Source: Nitrospinaceae bacterium
GTDB lineage: Bacteria > Nitrospinota > Nitrospinia > Nitrospinales > Nitrospinaceae
Reading direction: 5' to 3'
Length of the DNA stretch: 64,000 nucleotides
NCBI GenBank assembly: GCA_965237905.1
Contig: OZ250172.1
Span: forward strand, 2,688,001 to 2,752,000
This document shows, in pieces, positions 10,488 to 19,809 of the stretch. The notes under the pieces are model-generated. The model was not told the DNA's origin, made no database searches, and worked only from the letters and a program-made list of their open reading frames with translations. Position numbers and translations under genes: made by a program. Within the stretch, counting starts at the first letter, position 1; each line of letters opens with the position of its first letter.

Positions 10488-10865
10488 TTGCGGCTAATCA
10501 TAGCGGGTATAAGCCTGGTAGGTTTCTGGGGAGGACTTAATTTATCGATTGAGGAATGGCAGGTTGCCGGAACATGCCCTTGCATTGGCATACCTGCGTG
10601 CTATCTAGTTACGATTGCCTATTCCTTAATTCTTCTCTCATGTGTAGACCATAAGCAGGGTTTATACCGAAAACTGTTTTTTACAGGAATATCTATAGTC
10701 TTCGGTTTGGCAGCCATGGGATCTTTTATGCAAGTGGCAAGGTTGGGAGAATGCCCACAAACCGAAGCGGGCTTTCCGATGTGTTATATCTCTTTTTTAA
10801 TGTCAGCAACGATAGTAATTATTTTTTTTCTAAGTGGAAGGCGTTCTCCCCGTTTAAATGAATGA
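10488..10865 (+). CDS. Small 4-TM membrane protein with two CP-x-P-x-CY motifs
   Basis: TTG start 1 bp after the upstream stop; TCPCIGIPACY and ECPQTEAGFPMCY. Confidence 0.6.
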   Translation: MRLIIAGISLVGFWGGLNLSIEEWQVAGTCPCIGIPACYLVTIAYSLILLSCVDHKQGLYRKLFFTGISIVFGLAAMGSFMQVARLGECPQTEAGFPMCYISFLMSATIVIIFFLSGRRSPRLNE

Positions 10866-10875
10866 TTGAACCTTC

Positions 10876-11460
10876 TTAGATTAATTTTTGCACTCTGGAT
10901 TTTAAAGTAGGCAAAATATCTTTCTCAAACCAGGCATTCCTACGGAGCCAAATGTTATTGCGTGGGCTGGGATGCGGAAGTGGCAATAACCCCTTCTTCC
11001 AGTATTCCTTCCAGGATTTTACCGTTTCGGTGAGGTTGTTTTTCCGGGAAGTCCCTAGATGATACTTCTGCCCATATTGCCCGACCAGTAAAGTAAGTTC
11101 AATTTCAGGAAGGTTTGAAAGGAGCTTCTCACGCCAGGCATCTGCGCATTCAGGTCGAGGTGGAAGATCGCCCGACTTTCCAGTGCCCGGATAGCAAAAT
11201 CCCATAGGCAAAAGCGCAATTTTTGAATCGTTATAAAATATAGTCTTATCAATCCCCATCCAATCCCTCAGTCGGTCCCCACTCGCATCATTAAACGGAA
11301 TTCCCGTCTCATGTACTTTGCGCCCAGGAGCCTGCCCTGCAATAAGAATTTTCGCTTGAGAATTAGCCTGAAGAACAGGTCTCGGACCTAGAGGAAGATG
11401 GTCTTCGCATAATCTACAATCATTGACTTCCTTCAAAAGATGTTTTAACTCTCTGGTCAT
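10876..11460 (-). CDS. Uracil-DNA glycosylase family protein
   Basis: CRLC, GQAPG, FCYPG and HPSPRN motifs. Confidence 0.9.
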   Translation of the reverse strand: MTRELKHLLKEVNDCRLCEDHLPLGPRPVLQANSQAKILIAGQAPGRKVHETGIPFNDASGDRLRDWMGIDKTIFYNDSKIALLPMGFCYPGTGKSGDLPPRPECADAWREKLLSNLPEIELTLLVGQYGQKYHLGTSRKNNLTETVKSWKEYWKKGLLPLPHPSPRNNIWLRRNAWFEKDILPTLKSRVQKLI

Positions 11461-11667
11461 GAGGGTCTATTTGACAGTTTTAGAGGGTGAGCAACCAAAG
11501 TATCGCTATGATTGCAAAATATCAAATTAAAAACCCATAAAATTTTTGAAAGCGACTCTGTTAAATATTTGGCCAAGGTGTAAGGAATGGGGATATTTGC
11601 ATACTAATCGTTATGTTTTTATAAGATATCGAATACTCAAGCCTAAACAATTTAAGGAGAATCGGTC

Positions 11668-12147
11668 ATGAATTCCGTATTGAAACGTGGGTCCCTTTTT
11701 TTTGCATTGGTTTCTTTGATGGTGGTTTTGTCAGCTAATGGCGCTTCTGCAGAGATGAATAACGGAACGGAAATTTCCGCACCGGTCATGGGAGGTTATG
11801 ATCCTGTCTCATATTTTAAATCAGGAAAACCCATGCGAGGAAGCGGTTTCCATACGGCAACTTACAACGGAGGCGCGTATTTGTTTGCCACCAAAGAAAA
11901 TAAGGAAAAATTTATGGCCAACCCAGAGAAGTATGCTCCGCAATTTGGCGGGTATTGCGCCTATGGCGTGGCGGTTGGTAAAAAGTTTTACTCGGATCCA
12001 AACATCTGGAAGATTGTTGATGGCAAGCTTTATCTCAATCTCGACAAAAACATCCAGAAAAAATGGAACGAAGATATCAATGGGCATATCGCCAAAGCGG
12101 ATTCTAACTGGACAAAAATTGAACACAAAAATCCGTCGGAGCTATAA
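11668..12147 (+). CDS. Secreted YHS-domain protein (Cys form of the YHS selenoprotein family)
   Basis: Signal peptide; GYDPVSYF, YAPQFGGYCAYG and IVDGKLYLN. Confidence 0.85.
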   Translation: MNSVLKRGSLFFALVSLMVVLSANGASAEMNNGTEISAPVMGGYDPVSYFKSGKPMRGSGFHTATYNGGAYLFATKENKEKFMANPEKYAPQFGGYCAYGVAVGKKFYSDPNIWKIVDGKLYLNLDKNIQKKWNEDINGHIAKADSNWTKIEHKNPSEL

Positions 12148-12168
12148 TCTAATCCTTGCCATTGGGAA

Positions 12169-12211
12169 AAGGGAGTCGGGTTTCAATGTCTAAGGAAACT
12201 CGGATTCCCTT
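12169..12211. terminator. Hairpin between convergent genes, probable terminator
   Basis: Imperfect inverted repeat AAGGGAGTCGGGTTTC...GAAACTCGGATTCCCTT. Confidence 0.55.
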
Positions 12212-12228
12212 GTTCTCGTGGGGACAAA

Positions 12229-12552
12229 TTATTTTTTTTTGAATTGGATGACCAGGCGTTCGACGATGCGGCCGTTTTGGATGTGTTCGGTCAGAATTTC
12301 TTCCATGTCTTTTTTGGTTTTTGGTGAGTACCAGATGTCATCGGGGTAGACGACCAGAGTCGGTCCTTGCGCGCAAGCGTCGAGGCACCCGGCTTTGTTG
12401 ACCCGCACCTTGCCCTTGAGACCGCTGTCATGGACGCGTTGTTTCAGGTAGTCCAGCAACTCGGGCGAGCCGCGCGAAGCACAGCATCCGCGCGGGTCAT
12501 CCTCTTTGCGTTGGTTGTTACAGATGAAGATATGTTTCTGAAAGCGGCCCAT
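12229..12552 (-). CDS. Thioredoxin-like [2Fe-2S] ferredoxin
   Basis: HIFICNN...GCC...AGCLDACAQGP.LVVYP. Confidence 0.9.
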   Translation of the reverse strand: MGRFQKHIFICNNQRKEDDPRGCCASRGSPELLDYLKQRVHDSGLKGKVRVNKAGCLDACAQGPTLVVYPDDIWYSPKTKKDMEEILTEHIQNGRIVERLVIQFKKK

Positions 12553-12582
12553 GAAAACCTTATCGCGAAAGGGTGCGGGGGA

Positions 12583-13581
12583 TCAGTTGTCCGCCTTCGG
12601 CAGGGCGGTCGGGGATTGGGACTCGTAATATTCCTTGAATTTATTGAAGTTGATGTAGGTGGTGTCGCAACTGTCAGGGAACACGGTAACAATGACCCCC
12701 TTTTCAATTTTTTCCGCCAGCTCCATCGCGGCAACTGTAGCGGCGGCGGAAGAGTGGCCGACCAGAATACCTTCCTCCTTTTCCAGAGTCGCCACCATAT
12801 CGTACGCGTCCTCGGTGACCACGCTGATTTTCCCGTCGAGAATCGATTCGTCGTAGATCCCCGGAACGATGGACGAGGCCATGTGCTTGAGGCCTTCCAG
12901 GCCGTGTAGTTCTTCCGCCGGTTCCATCGCGTAGCATTGAATTTTGGGATTCAACTTCCGGAACTTGCGGGTATTGCCCATGATGGTGCCGCCGGTGCCG
13001 ATGCCCGCGCAGAAATGGGTGATCTCGCCATTCGTTTGTTTCCAGATTTCCTCGGCCGTGTGCAGGTAATGGGCGCGCCAGTTGGAATCGTTGTTGTACT
13101 GGTCCGGCATGAAATACTTGTCCCGGTCCTTTTCATAAATTTCCTGTGCCAGAATAATCGCTCCGTCGGAGCCTTCGAATGGGCTGGAGGAGACGATCTC
13201 GGCGCCGTAAAAATCCGCCATCACGCCTTTGCGCTCTTTGACGGCGTTGGCGGGCATGACCAGCTTGACCCGGTAGCCCTTAATTTTTCCGATCAGGGCA
13301 TAGGCAATGCCGGTGTTGCCGGAGGTGGAATCGATGATGATCTTATCTTTGGTGAGTTGCCCGGAAGCTTCGCCGTCTTCGATCATCTGCAGGGCAGGGC
13401 GCGACTTGACGGAGCCCCCCGCGTTGCGCCATTCCGCTTTCGCGTAGATCTCGACGTTGGGGTACCGCTTGCTGATGTTTTCAAGGTGGATCAAGGGGGT
13501 ATTACCGATTTTTTTCAAAATCGATTGATCCACGATCACCGGGCAGGCCGGCGCCAGATTTTTTTGATTGATGTGACCCAT
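12583..13581 (-). CDS. cysM: PLP-dependent cysteine synthase, CysM-like (divergent)
   Basis: IGNTPL, GGSVKSR (Schiff-base Lys), TSGNTG and GIGTGGT. Confidence 0.8.
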   Translation of the reverse strand: MGHINQKNLAPACPVIVDQSILKKIGNTPLIHLENISKRYPNVEIYAKAEWRNAGGSVKSRPALQMIEDGEASGQLTKDKIIIDSTSGNTGIAYALIGKIKGYRVKLVMPANAVKERKGVMADFYGAEIVSSSPFEGSDGAIILAQEIYEKDRDKYFMPDQYNNDSNWRAHYLHTAEEIWKQTNGEITHFCAGIGTGGTIMGNTRKFRKLNPKIQCYAMEPAEELHGLEGLKHMASSIVPGIYDESILDGKISVVTEDAYDMVATLEKEEGILVGHSSAAATVAAMELAEKIEKGVIVTVFPDSCDTTYINFNKFKEYYESQSPTALPKADN

Positions 13582-13669
13582 ATTTGCTTAAGACATTTCC
13601 CCGTAGTGCCAAAACACATTCAAGGGATCCGTCGTTGGTCTTATAATTATAAACGGCGGAAACGGTTAA

Positions 13670-14473
13670 TCAAGCCGTTCCGCAAAACTCTTCGTAATCG
13701 ATCAACTCTTTAATGGTCGGATTATCCCCGCAGACCGGACAATTGACATCCCGCTTGAGTTTCAACTTCCGGAATTCTGTATTCAGCGCGTCATAGATGA
13801 GTAGTTTACCCGACAACGAATCGCCGATACCCAGCACCAGTTTCAGCGTTTCCACCGCCTGAATGTTGCCGATGATTCCCGCCAACACTCCCAGCACGCC
13901 GCCTTCCTGACAATTGGGTACCAGTCCCGGTGGCGGCGGTTCCGGATACAAACAGCGATAGCACGGGCCGTTCTTCGGATCAAATACCGTAGCCTGTCCT
14001 TCGAACCGGAAAATACTGCCGTGAATGTTGACTTTATTCATCAACACGCAGGCGTCGTTGATCAGAAACCGGGTCGCGAAATTATCCGAGCCGTCGACGA
14101 TGTAGTCGTATCCTTCGAACAACTCCTTAATATTTTGCGAGTTGATCCGCTCGTTGTAGGTGGTGACATTGACGTCCGGGTTCAGCGCGGCGATGGTCTT
14201 CTTGGCTGATTCGGTTTTCAACATTCCAATCCGTTCAGTGGAGTGGATGATCTGCCTCTGCAGGTTACTGAGGTCGACGGTGTCGAAATCGACGATGCCG
14301 AGATGGCCGATTCCAGCCGCCGCGAGATAATACGCCGCGGGCGAACCCAGACCGCCGGCGCCGATCATCAGTACGCGCGCGTCCAGCATTTTGCGCTGGC
14401 CCACCCCGCCCACTTCCGGCAGGATGATGTGGCGGCTGTAGCGTTCAATCTGCTCGTCGGTAAAATCGGTCAT
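13670..14473 (-). CDS. moeB: MoeB/ThiF family sulfur-carrier adenylyltransferase (no rhodanese domain)
   Basis: RYSRHI, GAGGLG, SNLQRQ, CYRC and CPVC. Confidence 0.9.
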   Translation of the reverse strand: MTDFTDEQIERYSRHIILPEVGGVGQRKMLDARVLMIGAGGLGSPAAYYLAAAGIGHLGIVDFDTVDLSNLQRQIIHSTERIGMLKTESAKKTIAALNPDVNVTTYNERINSQNIKELFEGYDYIVDGSDNFATRFLINDACVLMNKVNIHGSIFRFEGQATVFDPKNGPCYRCLYPEPPPPGLVPNCQEGGVLGVLAGIIGNIQAVETLKLVLGIGDSLSGKLLIYDALNTEFRKLKLKRDVNCPVCGDNPTIKELIDYEEFCGTA

Positions 14474-14754
14474 TAAACAGCTCCACCGGCGATGGCCGGG
14501 ATGATGGATATCTCGTCGCCATCCTTGATCTTGGTTTTTTCACCATCCAGAAACCGGATGTCTTCTTCATTGAGATAGATGTTGATGAACCGTCTCGGGG
14601 TTCCATTTTCTTCGCAAATCCGTTCCTTGATGCCCGCGAACTGGCTTTCCAAATTGTTCAATATATCGGCAATCGTTCCGCCTTCCGCCGAAATCTCCGC
14701 CTGATTGTTGGTCAGTTTCATCAGAGGCGTGGGGATTCTCACTTTGACTGGCAT
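14473..14754 (-). CDS. MoaD/ThiS/CysO ubiquitin-like sulfur carrier protein
   Basis: 93-aa beta-grasp pattern (FINIYLNEEDIR) ending PAIAGG-AV. Confidence 0.9.
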   Translation of the reverse strand: MPVKVRIPTPLMKLTNNQAEISAEGGTIADILNNLESQFAGIKERICEENGTPRRFINIYLNEEDIRFLDGEKTKIKDGDEISIIPAIAGGAV

Positions 14755-14767
14755 GTTACTTTCTCCT

Positions 14768-16006
14768 TTAAACCGTTAAACTGTTGGCAAATTCTTCTTC
14801 AAAACTTTGTATGTTGCACTGAATGACCGCCGGTGGAGTGAAATGGCCCGTCAACGCTTCCTGCGTTTTAAGCCCGTTGCCGGTGATGCAGATGACCGTG
14901 GTTTCGTCCGGTTTGATGCGGCCCTGCTTGATCAATTTCTGTGTGACGCCCAGGGTCACCCCGCCTGCGGTTTCCGTGAAGATGCCCTCGGTTTCCGCCA
15001 GCAGTTTCATGGCCTCCACCACCACTTCGTCCGACACATCTTCGCCCCAGCCGCCGCTTTCGTTGGCAGTTTTGATGCCGTAATAACCGTCCGCCGGGTT
15101 GCCGATGGCAATGGACTTGGCAATGGTGTTGGGTTTCACCGGCTTGATGGTGTCCCAGCCTTTTTTGATCGCCGTGGTCACCGGTGAACATCCTGTCGCC
15201 TGCGCCGCAAAAATTTTGGTGTTCACTTTGCCGATCAACCCCAACATCTCAAACTCATGAAAGGCTTTGTAGATTTTGGTGATCAGCGAACTTCCCGCGA
15301 CCGGGACCACCACGTTGTCGGGCGTTTTCCATCCCAGTTGTTCGGCGATTTCGTAGCCGTAACTTTTTGAGCCATCCCCGTAATAGGGGCGGATGTTGAT
15401 GTTGACGAATGCCCACGCATGATTCACGCCAATTTCACTGCACAGACGGTTGACGTCATCGTAACTGCCGTGCACGGTGATCAATTGTGCGCCGTAAATC
15501 TGAGTGCCCAGAATCTTCCCGGCTTCCAGCCCGTCGGGAATAATGATACAGCTTTTGAGTCCCGCTTCTGCCGCGTGTGCGGCCACCGAGTTGGCCAGGT
15601 TGCCGGTGGAGGCGCAGGAGATGGTGTCGAAACCGAATTCAATCGCCTTGGAAACGGCTACCGCCACCACACGGTCCTTGAAGGAAAACGTCGGATGATT
15701 GACCGAATCGTTTTTGATGTACAGGTTGTTCAGGCCCAGCGCTTTGCCCAGGTTCTTGGCGCGCACCAGTGGGGTGAATCCTGTATGGAGGCCGACTTTG
15801 GGTTCCTCGTCGATCGGCATGAATTCTTTATAACGCCACATGGAAGGCGGGCCGTCCTGGATGCTTTTCCGGCTGACGGCTTTGCCGATACCGGCATAAT
15901 CGTAATTGACTTCCAGTGGTCCGAAGCAGTACTCGCACACGTGGATCGGCAGTTTTTCGTAATCCTTGCCGCACTCCTTACAGCGTAAACCCTTAGCAAA
16001 TCCCAT
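14768..16006 (-). CDS. thrC: Threonine synthase (family) with N-terminal Zn ribbon
   Basis: CKEC..CEYC, PTFSFKDR, CASTGN and CITGNGLK. Confidence 0.85.
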   Translation of the reverse strand: MGFAKGLRCKECGKDYEKLPIHVCEYCFGPLEVNYDYAGIGKAVSRKSIQDGPPSMWRYKEFMPIDEEPKVGLHTGFTPLVRAKNLGKALGLNNLYIKNDSVNHPTFSFKDRVVAVAVSKAIEFGFDTISCASTGNLANSVAAHAAEAGLKSCIIIPDGLEAGKILGTQIYGAQLITVHGSYDDVNRLCSEIGVNHAWAFVNINIRPYYGDGSKSYGYEIAEQLGWKTPDNVVVPVAGSSLITKIYKAFHEFEMLGLIGKVNTKIFAAQATGCSPVTTAIKKGWDTIKPVKPNTIAKSIAIGNPADGYYGIKTANESGGWGEDVSDEVVVEAMKLLAETEGIFTETAGGVTLGVTQKLIKQGRIKPDETTVICITGNGLKTQEALTGHFTPPAVIQCNIQSFEEEFANSLTV

Positions 16007-16018
16007 AACTTCCTTGTG

Positions 16019-16975
16019 TTAAAAATATTGATGAAAACTGAAATACCGCTCCCCGGTATCCGGCAGAATAACAACCACGTTTTTCCCCGGGCCCAGATCT
16101 TGCGCGGCCTGATGGGCGGCACACACTGCCGCACCGGAGGAGATGCCCACCAGCAAGCCCTCTTCCTTGGCCAGCCGCTGGGAATATTGAAACGCGTCTT
16201 CGTCGGACACGGGACGTATTTCGTCCACTATCGACATGTTGAGCACCTTCGGTTGAAATCCGGCGCCGATGCCTTGTATTTTATGCGGTCCGGGCGCCAT
16301 CCCCGAAAGCACCGCAGAAGTCGCCGGCTCCACGCCGATGACTTTGGTGTGACCGAAATGTTCTTTTAAAACTTCGCCGGCGCCGGTAATCGTTCCGCCG
16401 GTGCCGATGCCTGCAACGAACGCGTCGACGGTATCGCCTTCCATCGCCGAGATGATCTCGGGTCCGGTTGTCTGCCGATGGATTTCCGGATTGGCCGGAT
16501 TGTTGAACTGTTGCGGCATATAGTAATCCGGATTCGCCGCGACCAATTCTTCCGCCCGCTCGATGGTGCCCTGCATGCCGAACTCGGCCCGACTGAGCTC
16601 GACGATGGCGCCGTAACTTTCCAGCAGTACGCGGCGCTCCATGCTCATGTTCTCGGACATCACCAGGATAACTTTGTATCCTTTAAACGCTCCCACCAGG
16701 GCGAGACCGATTCCGGTATTGCCGCTGGTCGGCTCGATAATAGTCGCGCCGGGTTTGAGCAGTCCCTTGCTTTCGGCATCCTCGATCATCGCCAAAGCGA
16801 TGCGGTCCTTGACACTGCCGCCGGGATTGATCGACTCCAACTTGGCGTAGATGTTTGCCCCGTTGGAGGGAACCACACGGTTCAGCTTGACCAGCGGAGT
16901 GCCGCCGATGAGCTCCAGACTGTTTTCTGATTTTAACCTGAATTTTTCCAGCATAAACCGGCTGAAAGACCTCAA
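16019..16975 (-). CDS. cysK: Cysteine synthase A
   Basis: GGSVKDR, EPTSGNTG, PQQFNN and HKIQGIG; the exact start is uncertain. Confidence 0.92.
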   Translation of the reverse strand: MRSFSRFMLEKFRLKSENSLELIGGTPLVKLNRVVPSNGANIYAKLESINPGGSVKDRIALAMIEDAESKGLLKPGATIIEPTSGNTGIGLALVGAFKGYKVILVMSENMSMERRVLLESYGAIVELSRAEFGMQGTIERAEELVAANPDYYMPQQFNNPANPEIHRQTTGPEIISAMEGDTVDAFVAGIGTGGTITGAGEVLKEHFGHTKVIGVEPATSAVLSGMAPGPHKIQGIGAGFQPKVLNMSIVDEIRPVSDEDAFQYSQRLAKEEGLLVGISSGAAVCAAHQAAQDLGPGKNVVVILPDTGERYFSFHQYF

Positions 16976-17177
16976 AATTGAACGATTTAGGTAAACCCTG
17001 AATTATACGGGAACCCGGTACGAAGTCAATAATCTACCCGTTCTTAATCCATGGATTTCCCACCTTGCGGATGAAAAGGGGCAAGTTCGGGTTAATTATA
17101 TCACGCCCGCCGACTCTCACAATAGTCCTAAACCCCTTAATTTTAAAAAAGTTATGAGATTTTTGCGAGGGGAATAA

Positions 17178-17257
17178 ATCCTTCTCCTTTTAAAGGAAGG
17201 GCCAGGGGTGGTTGATGATTCTCTCCCTTTTTCTGTAGTTGCCCGATTTATCGGACG
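17178..17257. repeat. Two adjacent REP-like remnants
   Basis: CCTTCTCCTTTTAAAGGAAGG-GCCAGGGGTGGTT hairpin, then GTAG-TTGCCCGATTTATCGGAC. Confidence 0.45.
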
Positions 17258-17372
17258 GTTCTGAAATGCGCCCAAGGATTTTCTCTGTCCGTTACCGGTC
17301 AGCCAGTTCCCACTCCGGGCAGGAGTGTGATATGCTCTATTCTTCCTGAATATTGAAATTGGAGCTGAAGGT

Positions 17373-17735
17373 ATGAGTGCGCAAAGCCTGTTGATCGAGA
17401 TCAAAAAACAACTACCGCTGAGGGCCTACGGCAACGGGCCGGTGGTCGAGATGATGCGCGAGTTGAGCCTGCACGCCAACAGGAAGACCCAACTCATCGT
17501 TACCGATGTATTCCGCGATAGCGAATCAGGCGAACTGGTCTGCCAGGTCAAGGCGGAGGGTGCCGACAGTTTCAGTGCCGCGCTCACCAACCTCAAGCTC
17601 GATATCACCCATCCCCTTTACCGCAAAGTGAAAAACTACCGCGACGAAGTGGCCAACACTCTGGCCCAACCAGATGCCGCCCCCAACGTCAACTCCTCCT
17701 CCTTCCGCATGGGCAGTCTCTACGGCAAGCGCTGA
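17373..17735 (+). CDS. Hypothetical protein
   Basis: 120-aa ORF with host-like codon use and an upstream GGAG/GAAGG RBS. Confidence 0.65.
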   Translation: MSAQSLLIEIKKQLPLRAYGNGPVVEMMRELSLHANRKTQLIVTDVFRDSESGELVCQVKAEGADSFSAALTNLKLDITHPLYRKVKNYRDEVANTLAQPDAAPNVNSSSFRMGSLYGKR

Positions 17736-17962
17736 GCCAGCGCTCCCAGATTTAAAATCAATACAAATAAACACGAATAAAATTTGCTCCGGGCCTTGCC
17801 CGGCCTGCACCCTGCCGCCTACCGAATTCCCCTTGATAACTTATTGAAATTATAGGAAGTAGGTGCGTCGGCCAGCCGATCCTACAATTAGCATTACCCA
17901 TAGATGTGCGTTTGCCTTATCCTGAGAGTTAAGCCAAATCTGACTCAGCTAAGGAACAAACG

Positions 17963-18496
17963 ATGCACATTATTCTTGGTATTCTCGGTTCGATCATCAC
18001 GATTCTGTATTTAGTGAGCGAGATTTCTGAAAAAGGGAGTAAATTGGGGAAGTTTAATCCGTTCGCCTGGTACCGGCGCAGGAAATGGCAGAAGAAGTAT
18101 TATGCCGACCCCGCCTTTTCCCTGGACAGTCCGATGGAATCCGTCGCGGGTCTGATGTATGTCATGGCCAAGTGCTCCGGCGAGATCACCCGCGAGCAGA
18201 AGGAATGCATTCTTAATCTGTTTCAAATCGAATTCCGCCTCAGTGAGGACAAGGCCCGCGAGCTGTTGTCCTCCTCCAGCTTCCTGTTGAAGGACGAAGA
18301 CCAAATCATCGACCACCTGAAAGATTTTCTGAAACCCAGCCTCGCCAAATTCGATGCCGAAAAAAGAGCCTCCGCCCTCGATCTGCTCCAGAAAGTGGCC
18401 GACTGCGAAGGCAACCGCACCGGCAAGCAGGAAGAATTCATGAACCAACTCATGCCGTTCTTCCAGGAAACCGCCGCACCGGAAAGAAAATGGTAA
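17963..18496 (+). CDS. TerB/DjlA-like domain membrane-anchored protein
   Basis: N-terminal TM; AKCSGEITREQ and KVADCEG patterns typical of TerB-like folds. Confidence 0.7.
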   Translation: MHIILGILGSIITILYLVSEISEKGSKLGKFNPFAWYRRRKWQKKYYADPAFSLDSPMESVAGLMYVMAKCSGEITREQKECILNLFQIEFRLSEDKARELLSSSSFLLKDEDQIIDHLKDFLKPSLAKFDAEKRASALDLLQKVADCEGNRTGKQEEFMNQLMPFFQETAAPERKW

Positions 18497-18525
18497 GGGC
18501 ATTAATCTGCTACTGGAAAATTAAG

Positions 18526-19467
18526 ATGAAAAAACTCATTTACAGTTTGATAGCTTTTTTGCTAATTGTCGGGATTGGTGCCTGCGGTGTGTTTGATTTT
18601 GAGGATTCCGGTGACGATCATTTTTATTCATCCAACGAAGAATATATGCAGGCTCTGAAAAAAGAACTTGATGCGAAAGGTTTCAAGTACAGTGTTGATG
18701 ACAAGGGATTTATCCGATTCTCACCGGAAGATAAAGATTTATTTTATCAAATCGAAGAAAATGTAGAAAAGCCCCTCGTCTTTACTTTTACCTGGTCTGA
18801 CGTTCCTGGTAGAGAAATTGATAGGGGTCTCGGTTTTAGGACGGCTGACAAAAAATACATGCAGACTTTAAAAAAGGAGCTGGAATCGGAGGAAATAAGT
18901 TACCGGTTGGATAAGAACGGTTTTATTCGATACTCCCCTGAAGATAAAAGTCGGTTTGGCGACGTCCAAGCCCTCGTAACCGCCATGGTTTCAGGAAAGC
19001 GGGGTATGGGGCCTGCGGCTGGGGACATCGATCATGATTTTCTGAAGTCTTTAAAGGAGGAATTAGATTCGGCGGGCGTGGGTTATTCCGTTGATGATGA
19101 GGCTGCGGTGAGATTCATGAGTGGCGACAAACAGGTATTCAAAAATATTTTGCTCAAGCTCCATAAAATGCACCACCTGGGAGATGCCGCAAGAATTTTA
19201 AATGAGGAAAAAAGGGAGCGTTTGATTCATCTGCTTGAAGAGAAGAAAGTCGATCATCTCATCTTGACAAACAGTCACGGCATTTGGGTCAGGTGGTACC
19301 CGGAAAATAAAGCGCAACGAGATGAAATATGGAGTGTGGTTAATTCTCTTGGGTGTGGTGGACCTTGGATTGATAAAAGGGAAAGCAAGGGAGTGCCTCC
19401 CTTGAAGGAGACTTCCCAGACGGTTTTGGTTCAGCAAATGTGTTCCACTTTGCCCGAAAGGAAGTAG
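18526..19467 (+). CDS. Lipoprotein with four internal ~35-aa repeats
   Basis: MKK signal and IGAC lipobox; repeats of L.KEL...G..Y..D..G.IR.SPEDK. Confidence 0.7.
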   Translation: MKKLIYSLIAFLLIVGIGACGVFDFEDSGDDHFYSSNEEYMQALKKELDAKGFKYSVDDKGFIRFSPEDKDLFYQIEENVEKPLVFTFTWSDVPGREIDRGLGFRTADKKYMQTLKKELESEEISYRLDKNGFIRYSPEDKSRFGDVQALVTAMVSGKRGMGPAAGDIDHDFLKSLKEELDSAGVGYSVDDEAAVRFMSGDKQVFKNILLKLHKMHHLGDAARILNEEKRERLIHLLEEKKVDHLILTNSHGIWVRWYPENKAQRDEIWSVVNSLGCGGPWIDKRESKGVPPLKETSQTVLVQQMCSTLPERK

Positions 19468-19679
19468 TTTTAAAATATTGGCCGCGCGCCCAGCGCTCCC
19501 ACCTGCCCACGGACAAAAATCAGTCTCAAGAGAAGGGAACGATCTTGGTTTTGCCTCTCCCGAATCAAAGCTATTGAAAAAAGCCGTCTTAGGCACGGCG
19601 TTGTCGGGTAGCCCGGGAAAGCCCGTCCTTAAGCCTTCTGCCGGGGGTCAGGAAATTTGCATACCCCTTGCGAATTGAA

Positions 19680-19707
19680 TTGACTCCTAAATTTTCCCTC
19701 CTATAAT
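19680..19707 (+). promoter_or_regulatory. Sigma70-type promoter
   Basis: TTGACT-N16-TATAAT. Confidence 0.6.
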
Positions 19708-19718
19708 CCATCTCAAGT

Positions 19719-19809
19719 AACGGCCCGCAAGGGGGAGTCCCCCTGACCGAAGGCTTCCAGCGGATCATCGCAAAAGGACCCCAGGCAAGCGGCACGCCTT
19801 ACGGCTGTT
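19719..19809 (+). ncRNA. Structured 5' leader, glycine-riboswitch-like variant (putative)
   Basis: Closing stem AACGGCC(C)GCAAGG / CCTTACGGCTGTT; internal GGGGAG, ACCGAAGG and CCAGGCAA in glycine-aptamer order. Confidence 0.45.

Noticed and set aside
11668..12147. Possible selenoprotein (YHS family)
   Set aside because: The motif position is a TGC Cys codon and there is no in-frame TGA.
17737..19501. 12-bp direct repeat CCAGCGCTCCCA (17737-17748 and 19490-19501) flanking two genes
   Set aside because: Too short, and there is no integrase or tRNA nearby; it may be chance or repeat debris.
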